Shown here piece by piece: positions 1 through 7,691 of a DNA stretch of 38,740 nt. Source of the stretch: an uncultured Opitutia bacterium (GTDB taxonomy: Bacteria; Verrucomicrobiota; Verrucomicrobiia; Opitutales; UBA953). Made by a program: the position numbers and the translations under genes. The notes under the pieces are model-generated. The model saw only the letters and a program-made list of their open reading frames with translations. It made no database searches and had not been told where the DNA came from. Every line of letters begins with the position of its first letter. Position 1 is the first letter of the stretch. Location of the stretch: NCBI GenBank assembly GCA_903868455.1, contig CAIPVK010000189.1, positions 1 to 38,740 of the forward strand, written 5' to 3'.

Positions 1-224
1 AGGTCGGCCGAGGGATCGACGCGGAGCGAGAAAGGGAAGCCGAGGGCGGCCGGGTCGTAGAAGTTGGCCTCCTCGTCCTCGCCGCAGAACTCGACGCCCT
101 CCACCAGAAGGGGTTCGTGCGCGGCGTGCAGGAACGAGCAATGCGTGTCGGGCATGTTGCGCAGCGCGGCGTAGAGCGCGACGGCGCCGAGGGTGAGGAG
201 GGCGACCTGGGCGGCTGGCCTCAT
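1..224 (-). CDS. hypothetical membrane-anchored protein (N-terminal part only; gene runs off the window start)
   Basis: ATG at 224-222 overlaps the TGA (223-221) of the upstream SCO gene as ATGA. My translation is MRPAAQVALLTLGAVALYAALRNMPDTHCSFLHAAHEPLLVEGVEFCGEDEE..., with one N-terminal hydrophobic helix. It is absent from the ORF track because there is no stop in the window. No family recognised. Confidence 0.45.
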   Translation of the reverse strand, partial: MRPAAQVALLTLGAVALYAALRNMPDTHCSFLHAAHEPLLVEGVEFCGEDEEANFYDPAALGFPFSLRVDPSAD

Positions 225-1039
225 CGGGGAGCGGCCAGGCGGCGCAGCAGGGGCAGGAGCTCGGCCGGGTCGAAGCGCGCGCCGGGACGGCGGCTGACGA
301 TGCGGCCGTCGGCCGAGACGACCACTGTGGCGGCGTTGTGCACGAGCGTGCCGTCCTGCTCCAGGACGAGGATGCCGAACTGGCGCATCAGGTCGCGGAC
401 CATCTCGCGGTCGCCGGTCAGCAGGCGGTGGTGCTCGGGATCGAGCCCGGACGCGGCGGCGTAGGCGCGCAGGACCCCGGGGCTGTCATGGCCGGGGTCG
501 AAGCTGAGGGTGACGAGGCGGACCTTGCCGGCGAGGCCCTCGGCGCGGAGCGCCTTGCCCAGGCCGGCCATGGAGGCGGTGGAGGCAGGGCACATCTCGG
601 CCGCCTTGCAGCGGGTGAAGATGAAGTTCAGGACGTAGGGCGCGCCGCGGAGGTCGGCCGTGCGCACGGGCGCGCCGTCTTGGCCCCAGAGCACGAAGGC
701 GGGGGCGTAGTCGCCCTCGGCCCGCGCGACAAGGCGACCGCGCTCGACGGTGTCGCGGCGCAACGCGGCGGCCGCGGCCGTCATCTCGGACAGGACGGCG
801 GGATCCTCGGGGAAGATCCGCTCCAGCCGGAACCGTCCGGACGACTCGACGAGCTCGCCGCGCACGGGTCGACCCGCCCAGCCGATCTCGAGGTCACCCT
901 GCCCCGCGGCGGCGACGACCTCCGCGCCGGAATCGGGACGGAGCCTCAGGGCGCCGGCCTCCCGGTCGACCGAGACCACCGAGCCGCGGAAGGGCGCGGC
1001 GCCGAGCGAGGCGGCCAGCAGCAGGCAGACGAGGCGCAT
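221..1039 (-). CDS. SCO1/SenC-family thioredoxin-fold (copper chaperone-like) protein
   Basis: Track ORF is 221..1051, but codon 1051 is TTG. The ATG at 1039 begins a signal-peptide-like MRLVCLLLAASLGAAP. FIFTRCKAAEMCP plus a downstream TLVHNAATVVVSADGRI resemble the SCO Cys...Cys...His site. Cys spacing is C-x5-C rather than the usual C-x3-C, so this is an atypical member. Confidence 0.7.
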   Translation of the reverse strand: MRLVCLLLAASLGAAPFRGSVVSVDREAGALRLRPDSGAEVVAAAGQGDLEIGWAGRPVRGELVESSGRFRLERIFPEDPAVLSEMTAAAAALRRDTVERGRLVARAEGDYAPAFVLWGQDGAPVRTADLRGAPYVLNFIFTRCKAAEMCPASTASMAGLGKALRAEGLAGKVRLVTLSFDPGHDSPGVLRAYAAASGLDPEHHRLLTGDREMVRDLMRQFGILVLEQDGTLVHNAATVVVSADGRIVSRRPGARFDPAELLPLLRRLAAPR

Positions 1040-1043
1040 GCCC

Positions 1044-1982
1044 TTATCCAAGGGCGGGCTCGGCGGAGAGCAAGTCGGCGGCGTCCGTCAGAAGCAGGGC
1101 TGCTACCCCTTGGCGGAGACCGTGATGGCTGACCTTGAGGTTGTCCGCCCCGAGGTGCTCGGCGAGGGCGGCCACCGTGGCCAGGGCCGCGGGGAGGATG
1201 TCGGCGCGGGCGGCGGGGACGCCCGGGATGCGGCGGCGACCCTCGACGTCCAGGGCGGCGAGGCGGCCCAGCCAATTGCGCACGGCGAGCAGCCCGAGGG
1301 TGTCGCCCGACTCGGGCTCGCCGGCCGCGCGCTGCATCTCGAGCAGGGTCGAGAGGGCGCCGCCGGAGGCGACCAAGGGGCAAAGGCGCGCCGCGCCCGC
1401 GGGGATGCGGCCGGAGACGCCGGCCAGGACCTGCTCGCGCAGCGACTCGAGGTCGGCCGACGACAGGGGCTTGGCGCCGTCGCCGAGCACGTGGCGGGTG
1501 AGGCGGACGGCGCCGAGCGGCAGGCTGAAGGCCTGCACGCAGCGACCGCCGACCACGCGGCCGACCTCGAGCGAGCCGCCGCCGAGGTCGAAGCCGACGA
1601 AATCGCGCACGCCCGCGAGGGCGGGGTCGGCGCGCATGCCGTCGAGGGCGAGGCGCGCCTCGACCTCGCCCGAGAGCAGGGTCAGGGGCAGCCCCGCGCC
1701 GGCGCGCAGGGCGTCGGCGAACTCGGCGCGGTTGGGGGCCTCGCGCAGGGCGCTGGTCCCGACGACGGCCAGCCGCGTCGCGCCCGCCTCGCCCGCCTGG
1801 GTGGCGAGGGCGCGGACGGCGGCGACGGCGGCCGCGATGGCCTCCGGCTCGAGCCGGTTGCCGCGCGCGGGGAAGAGGCGGACGTCGGCGGTGGCGCGAC
1901 GGACCTGCGACAGGCCGGGTCCCTCCGTCACGAGCAGCTTGAGGGAGTTCGAACCGAGGTCGATGACGCCGACGCGGGACAT
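1044..1982 (-). CDS. Ppx/GppA-family phosphatase (short, single-module exopolyphosphatase / pppGpp phosphohydrolase-like)
   Basis: N-terminus MSRVGVIDLGSNSLKLLV and GFDLGGGSLE match the ASKHA-fold Ppx/GppA phosphate-binding motifs. ATG start. Tightly packed between neighbours (6-nt and 4-nt gaps). Confidence 0.8.
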   Translation of the reverse strand: MSRVGVIDLGSNSLKLLVTEGPGLSQVRRATADVRLFPARGNRLEPEAIAAAVAAVRALATQAGEAGATRLAVVGTSALREAPNRAEFADALRAGAGLPLTLLSGEVEARLALDGMRADPALAGVRDFVGFDLGGGSLEVGRVVGGRCVQAFSLPLGAVRLTRHVLGDGAKPLSSADLESLREQVLAGVSGRIPAGAARLCPLVASGGALSTLLEMQRAAGEPESGDTLGLLAVRNWLGRLAALDVEGRRRIPGVPAARADILPAALATVAALAEHLGADNLKVSHHGLRQGVAALLLTDAADLLSAEPALG

Positions 1983-1988
1983 GGAAGG

Positions 1989-2891
1989 TCAGTAGATGAA
2001 GGCGAGGCGGAAGCTGCCGTACGCGTGGCCCGAGCCCTCCTGCCCCTCGAACTCCTTCGTCCGGTTGGCGACGCCGAAGGAGAACACGAAGCCGTCGAGG
2101 CGGGTCTGGATGCCGACGCCGAGCTGGGCGATGAGGGGGCGGCTCTCGACCGGGGCCTCGAACGCGAAGTCGGCGAAGGCGGGGCCGTCCACCGCGTAGT
2201 CGCGCGGCATGACCTCGACCGAGGCGTCGACGAAGAAGCACCAGCCCTGGCGGCCGGGATCGTCGCCGGCGACGGGGTCGACGAAGCCGTTCGACTGCCG
2301 GAGATACCCATGGCCCCAGGAGCCGTCGAGGGAGCCGAAGCGCAGCTGGGCGCCGAGCATCACGCCCGAGCGCAGGGTGCCGACGGACGCGCGGGCGCGG
2401 GTGATGAGGTCCCAGCGCGCGACATCGGGGCCGTCGAGGTCGAAGCGTCGGCGGATCTCGGCGTTGAAATTGAGGACGGGCTCGTCGGGCATCTGCCGGC
2501 TCCAGTCGTAGCCGCCCGTGCCGATGAGGCCGTGGAAGCCGTTCTGCACCTGGCGCGCGCGCGAGGAGGGTCCGAGCACGCCGGCGACGGCCTCCAGCGA
2601 GGCGAGCGCCTTGTGCTCGGGCATCAGGTACAGGCGACCGAGCGAGGCGACCAGCACGCCCGAGTAGGGCATGTCATCCGGCGCACCCGGGCGGTCCGAC
2701 GGGGTGTTGATCTCCTGGGCGAGGGCCCCGTGCCAGAGGTCGGGAGTCGTCCACGAGACCCTCAGCCCCTGGGTGTAGTAGCGGTCGGAATTGTCCGAGG
2801 TGAACTTGTCGTTCTCCTCCTGCACGTGCCAGGCCACGCCGGCCGAGGACGCGGCGGCGAGGAGCACGGGGAGGAGGGCGAGACGGCGCAC
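1989..2891 (-). CDS. LpxR-family lipid A 3'-O-deacylase-like outer-membrane protein (DUF2219 type)
   Basis: Signal peptide MRRLALLPVLLAAASSAG, then ENDKFTSDNSDRYYTQG, which resembles the LpxR N-terminal signature. The protein ends in an aromatic residue (RLAFIY), typical of beta-barrel OMPs. GTG start at 2891. Confidence 0.6.
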   Translation of the reverse strand: MRRLALLPVLLAAASSAGVAWHVQEENDKFTSDNSDRYYTQGLRVSWTTPDLWHGALAQEINTPSDRPGAPDDMPYSGVLVASLGRLYLMPEHKALASLEAVAGVLGPSSRARQVQNGFHGLIGTGGYDWSRQMPDEPVLNFNAEIRRRFDLDGPDVARWDLITRARASVGTLRSGVMLGAQLRFGSLDGSWGHGYLRQSNGFVDPVAGDDPGRQGWCFFVDASVEVMPRDYAVDGPAFADFAFEAPVESRPLIAQLGVGIQTRLDGFVFSFGVANRTKEFEGQEGSGHAYGSFRLAFIY

Positions 2892-3021
2892 GGGGCTCAG
2901 GGGGGAGGGTCAACCTAGCAAGGAGACCTCCCCGGGAAGAAGCCCAAACCTGCGCCGAGCAGAAGAATGCCGCTGGAATGGGATTTTGACACCTCCCCGC
3001 CCCCGCCCTACCCCTAAGGCG

Positions 3022-4131
3022 ATGTCCGAGCCCGCCCCAGAACCCCGCCCCGCCGTCCGGGTGACGGCGTCCGCGGGCGCCCTGGAACTCGAGCTCTCGG
3101 GACGCTGGCGACGCGACCAAGGCCTGCCGGACTTTCCCGAGCTGGGCGCGGGCTGCCGCGTCAAGGTGGGCATCGGGGGCGTCGCCGGATACGACAGCGC
3201 CCTGCCAGCCTGGCTGCACGGCCTCGGTCGCGAACTCCCCGAGGGAACGACCCTGGACCTCTCCCGCCTCCCCGCCGGCCTCGCCGCCGGGGTCGCCGCG
3301 GCGGAGGAGGAGAACGCGGACGACGGCGAGGCGGATCGGCTTCCCTTCCTCGAGCAGCTCGGGGACTGGGCCTCGTCGAGCAACCGCTCCTGGGGCCGCG
3401 CGGTCGCCCACATCGGGGACTGCGCCCTCGGGCTCGGCCGAATCGCCGTCGGCAAGGGCAAGGCCAACTGGGCCGAGTTCTCCCAGCTGCTCCGCACCGC
3501 CGGCCCGGACGCGCTGCCGATCGTCCTGCTGCTCGGCTTCCTCACCGGGGTGATCATGGCCTACGTGGGCCTGATCCAGCTCGGCAAGGTCGGGGCCGAC
3601 GTCTACATCGCCAACCTGGTCGCCCTCGCCATGGCCCGCGAGATGGGCGCGCTCATGACCGGCGTCATCGCCTGCGGGCGGACGTCCACGGCCTACGCCT
3701 CGCACCTCGGCAGCATGAACGTCACGCAGGAGACCGACGCGCTGAGGGCGATCGGCCTGCGCCCGACCGAGTACCTCGCCGTCCCCCGCCTCCTCGCCGT
3801 GACCGCGACCCTGCCCCTGCTCTCGGTCTTCGCCACCGCCGCCGGCATCCTCGGCGGCATGACCGTGGCGGTCGGCTCCGGGCTCTCGGCCGAGCAATAC
3901 CTCAACCAGGTCGTCGAGGCCGTCTCCGTGCGCAGCTTCCTCGCCGGCCTGATCAAGGCCCACGCCTTCGCCCTGATCGCGGCCTGGGCCGGATGCTACC
4001 GCGGCGCGGTGGCCCGCCCGACGGCCCGCGGCGTCGGCGAGGCGGCCACGACCGCCGCCGTGCTCGGCATCACCCTCCTCGTCGTCGCGGACGCGGTCTT
4101 CGCCGTGCTCTTCGACCTCTTCGGCATCTGA
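3022..4131 (+). CDS. MlaE-family ABC transporter permease with an N-terminal STAS-like extension of about 110 aa
   Basis: Track ORF 2791..4131; the in-frame ATG at 3022 (MSEPAPEPRP...) is the first plausible start after the divergent spacer. The core LLLGFLTGVIMAYVGLIQLGKVGADVYIANLVALAMAREMGALMTGVIACGRTSTAYASHLGSMNVTQETDALRAIG is typical MlaE/Ttg2B. Confidence 0.85.
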   Translation: MSEPAPEPRPAVRVTASAGALELELSGRWRRDQGLPDFPELGAGCRVKVGIGGVAGYDSALPAWLHGLGRELPEGTTLDLSRLPAGLAAGVAAAEEENADDGEADRLPFLEQLGDWASSSNRSWGRAVAHIGDCALGLGRIAVGKGKANWAEFSQLLRTAGPDALPIVLLLGFLTGVIMAYVGLIQLGKVGADVYIANLVALAMAREMGALMTGVIACGRTSTAYASHLGSMNVTQETDALRAIGLRPTEYLAVPRLLAVTATLPLLSVFATAAGILGGMTVAVGSGLSAEQYLNQVVEAVSVRSFLAGLIKAHAFALIAAWAGCYRGAVARPTARGVGEAATTAAVLGITLLVVADAVFAVLFDLFGI

Positions 4132-4886
4132 TGGCGACCGAACCCCGAGTCCGCTGCCTCGACCTCGCCGTCGGCCACGAGGGCCGCGCCATCATGTCGG
4201 GCGTCAGCTTCGCGGTCGAGGCCGGCCAGCTCGCGGCGGTCGTCGGGCCGAGCGGCTGCGGCAAGAGCACGCTCATGCGCGCGTTGGTCGGCCTGTCCGA
4301 GCCCCTCTCCGGCGAGGCCTGGCTCCTCGGCGAGCGGCTGGGCGACCTCGGCGAGACCCGGCGCGAGGCCCTCCTGCGGCGCGCGGGCTTCCTCTTCCAG
4401 GGCTCCGCCCTCTGGTCCTCGCTGACGGTGCGGGAGAACGTCGAGCTGCCCCTGCGCGAGTTCGGCGGCTGCGGCGCGCGCGAGCGCCGGCTGATCGCCG
4501 AGCACAAGCTCGCCCAGGTCGGCCTGCTGGCGGCGGCCGACAAGCTGCCCTCCGAGCTGAGCGGCGGCATGGCGAAGCGCGCGGGCCTCGCGCGCGCCCT
4601 GGCGCTCGATCCGGAGGTGCTCTTCCTCGACGAGCCCACGGCCGGGCTCGACCCCGTGACGGCGGCGCGCCTGGACGCGCTCATCCTCCGGCTGCGCGAC
4701 AGCCTCGGCACCGCCGTCGTCCTCGTGAGCCACGAGATCCGCAGCATCCGCCGCCTGGCCGACTTCTGCGTTTACCTCGACCCCTCGACCCGCAGGATGG
4801 GCCCCGTCGGCAAGGTCGACGACCTCCTGCGACCCGGCGGCCACGCCGGCGCCCGCGCCTTCTTCTCCCCCGGAACCCCCGCATGA
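4131..4886 (+). CDS. MlaF-like ABC transporter ATP-binding protein
   Basis: ATG at 4131 shares one base with the mlaE-like TGA (TGATG). Walker A GPSGCGKST, ABC signature LSGGMAKR, Walker B LFLDEPTAGLD. Confidence 0.9.
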   Translation: MATEPRVRCLDLAVGHEGRAIMSGVSFAVEAGQLAAVVGPSGCGKSTLMRALVGLSEPLSGEAWLLGERLGDLGETRREALLRRAGFLFQGSALWSSLTVRENVELPLREFGGCGARERRLIAEHKLAQVGLLAAADKLPSELSGGMAKRAGLARALALDPEVLFLDEPTAGLDPVTAARLDALILRLRDSLGTAVVLVSHEIRSIRRLADFCVYLDPSTRRMGPVGKVDDLLRPGGHAGARAFFSPGTPA

Positions 4887-5818
4887 GCACGTCCGCCAAC
4901 CGCACCCTCGTCGGCCTGTTCGTCCTCGGCGGCCTGGCCCTGACCCTCGGCTTCCTGCTGGCGCTCGGCGGCGGCTGGTTCGCCGGCGACCGCCCCCGCG
5001 CCCTCGCCCGCTTCGACCAGGACGTCAGCGGCTTGGACACCGGCTCGGCCGTGCGCCTGCGCGGCGTCACGGTCGGCAAGGTCGCCTCCATCCTCGTCCA
5101 GGTCGGCGGCGCGGACCCGCGCGGCGGCGTGCCCGTCGTGCTCGAGATCGACCCCGGAATCGCCGCGCGCCTCGGCGCGGGCGAGGTGCTGGGCACGCAG
5201 GAGGGGCTCGACGGCGCCATCCGCTCCGGCCTCACCGCCAAGCTCCGCCTCCAGTCCTTCGTCACGGGCGTCCTGTACGTCGACCTCGACTACGCCGCGC
5301 CGCGCGCCGAGGCCCCGGCCAAGGCCGACGGCCTGACGGTCATCCCGACCGAGCTCTCCGACCACGTGGCGCTCACCCAAGCCGTCGGGCGCACGCTCGA
5401 GAACTTGAGCGCGGTCGACTTCGCCGACCTCGCCGCCAAGGCCGGCAAGCTCTCGGACTCGCTGCGCGCCCTCAGCGACAGCCCCGAGGTCGGGCAGGCG
5501 ACGAAGGACCTCGCCGCCGCCATGGCCTCCCTCAACCGCCTGTCGGCGGCGCTCGAGAGCCAGACCGGCCCGCTCACCGGCGACCTGCGCGCCACGGCCG
5601 AGGAGGCCCGCCGCACGCTCGGCCAGCTCGGGCGCGCCGCGGACAACCTCGGCGACTTGGCCAAGCCGGGCGGCGCGACGCGCCTCCAGCTCGACCAGAG
5701 CCTCCAGGACCTCGGCGAGGCCGCCCAGGCCATCAAGGCCCTCGCGGACTACCTCGACCGCCACCCGGAGGCGCTGCTGCGCGGCAAGCGCACCCAGGAG
5801 ACGGAGGCCCCCAAGTGA
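4883..5818 (+). CDS. MlaD/MCE-family substrate-binding protein
   Basis: ATGA overlap with the ATPase gene. N-terminal TM helix LVGLFVLGGLALTLGFLLAL, followed by an MCE-like segment VSGLDTGSAVRLRGVTVGKVASI. Confidence 0.8.
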   Translation: MSTSANRTLVGLFVLGGLALTLGFLLALGGGWFAGDRPRALARFDQDVSGLDTGSAVRLRGVTVGKVASILVQVGGADPRGGVPVVLEIDPGIAARLGAGEVLGTQEGLDGAIRSGLTAKLRLQSFVTGVLYVDLDYAAPRAEAPAKADGLTVIPTELSDHVALTQAVGRTLENLSAVDFADLAAKAGKLSDSLRALSDSPEVGQATKDLAAAMASLNRLSAALESQTGPLTGDLRATAEEARRTLGQLGRAADNLGDLAKPGGATRLQLDQSLQDLGEAAQAIKALADYLDRHPEALLRGKRTQETEAPK

Positions 5819-6387
5819 GGCCCTGGCTCGCCATCGTCCCCGCCCTGCTCCTGGCAGGCTGCCTCGCGCCCGGCGTCAGCGAGACGAGCCGCGCCTGGCA
5901 ACTCCCGAGGTCCGAGCATGCCGGGCCGCCGGTCAAGGTCTTCCTCCCCTCCGAGCTGCGCACGCCCCGGGTCGTCGCCGCCGACACCTCGGGCGCGCGG
6001 GTCGAGCGCGACCTCGATCGCTGGGAATCCCCTTTGCCCGCCGCGCTGGGCGACCTCATCTCCGCGGCCCTTCCCGACGACGCGGGTATCCGTTCGGTCG
6101 TGGTGGAGTTTCGCAGCCTGAGGGTCGACGCGCGCGGCGGCCTGTCGCTGAGCGCCGATTATCGCCTGACCCTGCGCCGCGGGGCGGAGGGCTCCGAATT
6201 CCCGCTCTCGGGCACCCTCTCCCACGCCGTCGCCGAGCAGGCGGGAGAGGGCGAACGCGAGCGGATCCTCGCGGCGTACGCGGACGCGGCCCGGGCGGTG
6301 GGGACGCATCTGGCCGACATCTTGGCGAACGAGGCCAACGGCGAGGTTGCCAAGCCCGCCCCGGCCGTCACCGTCCCGGGTAAATGA
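5815..6387 (+). CDS. lipoprotein, ABC-type transport auxiliary component (PqiC/DUF330-like)
   Basis: GTGA overlap with the MCE gene. Lipobox LLLAGC at residues 11-16. The size (190 aa) and position after the MCE gene fit the auxiliary lipoprotein; family assignment rests on context and size only. Confidence 0.6.
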   Translation: MRPWLAIVPALLLAGCLAPGVSETSRAWQLPRSEHAGPPVKVFLPSELRTPRVVAADTSGARVERDLDRWESPLPAALGDLISAALPDDAGIRSVVVEFRSLRVDARGGLSLSADYRLTLRRGAEGSEFPLSGTLSHAVAEQAGEGERERILAAYADAARAVGTHLADILANEANGEVAKPAPAVTVPGK

Positions 6388-6857
6388 CCCAGGAAACCGG
6401 CGGCCGTCCCAACGGCTTCAGCGAGGCGACGGGGGAGATCTGCTACGACCTCCCCTCCTCCTACCTCCCCCACCCCGCCACGGGGCTCCTCCACCTGCCC
6501 CGCTTCCTGGCCAAGATCCGCAAGCACCTCCGCGGCGAGCTGCCGAAGTCCTACCAGCGCAACTTCGGCAAGGGCTTCGACCGCTTCCTCTGCCTCCACC
6601 TCGGGGTAGACCCCGAGCAGGTCGTCGCCTGCGTGCGCGAGGCGGCCGACGAGGCCGACCTCGACCGCCGGCTCCTCGCCCTCTTCCCCGCCGACCGCCG
6701 CGTCCATGTCTGGAACCGCGAGCTCGTCCAGAAGGGCATGAGCGAGATGGGCCGCGAGGCCCTGCTCGACGCCAAGCGCAAGATGGGCGCCGAGCACCGC
6801 ACCGACCTCATCTCCTTCGCCGACATGATCGACTTCGACGAGGGCCGCATTTCGTGA
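6384..6857 (+). CDS. DUF5069-like protein of unknown function
   Basis: ATGA overlap with the lipoprotein gene. Non-shadow amino-acid composition (K, F, Y, D present). GLLHLPRFLAKIRKHLRGELPKSYQRNFGKGFD recalls DUF5069; the family name is from memory and was not searched. Confidence 0.6.
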   Translation: MTQETGGRPNGFSEATGEICYDLPSSYLPHPATGLLHLPRFLAKIRKHLRGELPKSYQRNFGKGFDRFLCLHLGVDPEQVVACVREAADEADLDRRLLALFPADRRVHVWNRELVQKGMSEMGREALLDAKRKMGAEHRTDLISFADMIDFDEGRIS

Positions 6858-7666
6858 GCCTCGACCAATCCAATCCCAACCGCGTCGTCCTCCGCACGAC
6901 CGAGAGCATCCTGGCCTGCTTCAAGGCCCACCCGCGCGCGCTGCGCGAGCTCCGCGCCACGCGCGAGGCCGCCAAGGCGCTGCAGGAGGTCGCCGGATGG
7001 ATGGGCGGCCAAGGGCTGCCCGCCGTCGTCGTCGGCACCAAGGAGGTGCGCGAGCTCGCCGGGACGGACGCCGAGGCGGCCGCGATCACGGCGCGCCCGG
7101 TGCTCGGCCAGGCCAAGCCCTCGGACTTCGCCGACTGGCGCGACGAGGGGGCGACGGCCGTCGTGGCCGACGGCTTCACCGACCCCGCCGAGCTCGCCTC
7201 CGTCATCCGCGCCATGGCCGCCTTCGGCCACCGCCGCCTGCTGCTCGCGGGCGAGAGCGAGCGCCTGGCCTTCGACCCCCTCCTCTGGCAGCACGCCCGC
7301 GGCGCCCTGGAAGCCGTCCGCCTCATCCGCGCCCCCGCGCTGGGCGGCCTCCTCAGCCTGATCGAGCCGACGAGCGTCGTGCTGGGCTTCGACCCCAAGC
7401 AAGGGCGCTCGATCGCCGAGGCGGCGCCCGTCCGGGCCCCCGGTCGCGGGAATGTCCTGCTGCTCTCCGCCAACGGCCTCGGCCCGGCGATGCAGCCGAA
7501 GGCGGAGTACCTCTTCCGCCGCCCCGCCCAGACCGCGGACCACCCCCTTTCCGCCGGCGACGCCGCGGCGCTGATCTTCCATTGGAACGCCTCGGCTCCC
7601 AAGCCGAAGTCGAAGGAGACGGGGTTCTTCGCGAGGAAGAAGGCGAAGCAGAAGAAGGGGGAATAG
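6854..7666 (+). CDS. SpoU/TrmH-like methyltransferase-fold protein with divergent motifs and a Lys-rich C-terminal tail
   Basis: Track ORF 6347..7666; the in-frame GTG at 6854 overlaps the upstream stop (GTGA). VVADGFTDPAELASVIRAMAAFG resembles SpoU motif 1. NVLLLSANGLGP and HPLSAGDAAALIFHW resemble degenerate motifs 2 and 3. The TAG stop (7664-7666) lies inside the first GGGGAATAGGGG repeat word. Confidence 0.6.
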   Translation: MSLDQSNPNRVVLRTTESILACFKAHPRALRELRATREAAKALQEVAGWMGGQGLPAVVVGTKEVRELAGTDAEAAAITARPVLGQAKPSDFADWRDEGATAVVADGFTDPAELASVIRAMAAFGHRRLLLAGESERLAFDPLLWQHARGALEAVRLIRAPALGGLLSLIEPTSVVLGFDPKQGRSIAEAAPVRAPGRGNVLLLSANGLGPAMQPKAEYLFRRPAQTADHPLSAGDAAALIFHWNASAPKPKSKETGFFARKKAKQKKGE

Positions 7667-7691
7667 GGGATAGGGGGATGGGGGATGGGGG
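7657..7691 (+). other. G-quadruplex-type tract: five G4-5 runs with 2-4-nt loops, overlapping a stop codon
   Basis: GGGGGAATAGGGGATAGGGGGATGGGGGATGGGGG. The TAG of the SpoU-like gene is at 7664-7666. Confidence 0.6.

Noticed and set aside
750-2918. 722-aa plus-strand ORF spanning the SCO, Ppx and LpxR region
   Set aside because: It is antisense to three genes with clear family motifs. Its composition is extreme (Ala/Gly/Arg/Glu-rich, almost no K, F, Y, I, N). This is a typical high-GC shadow ORF.
2674-3963. 429-aa minus-strand ORF overlapping the LpxR-like 5' end and mlaE
   Set aside because: It is antisense to the MlaE-like permease and crosses the divergent promoter region. Its composition is Gly/Ala/Arg/Asp-rich shadow type.
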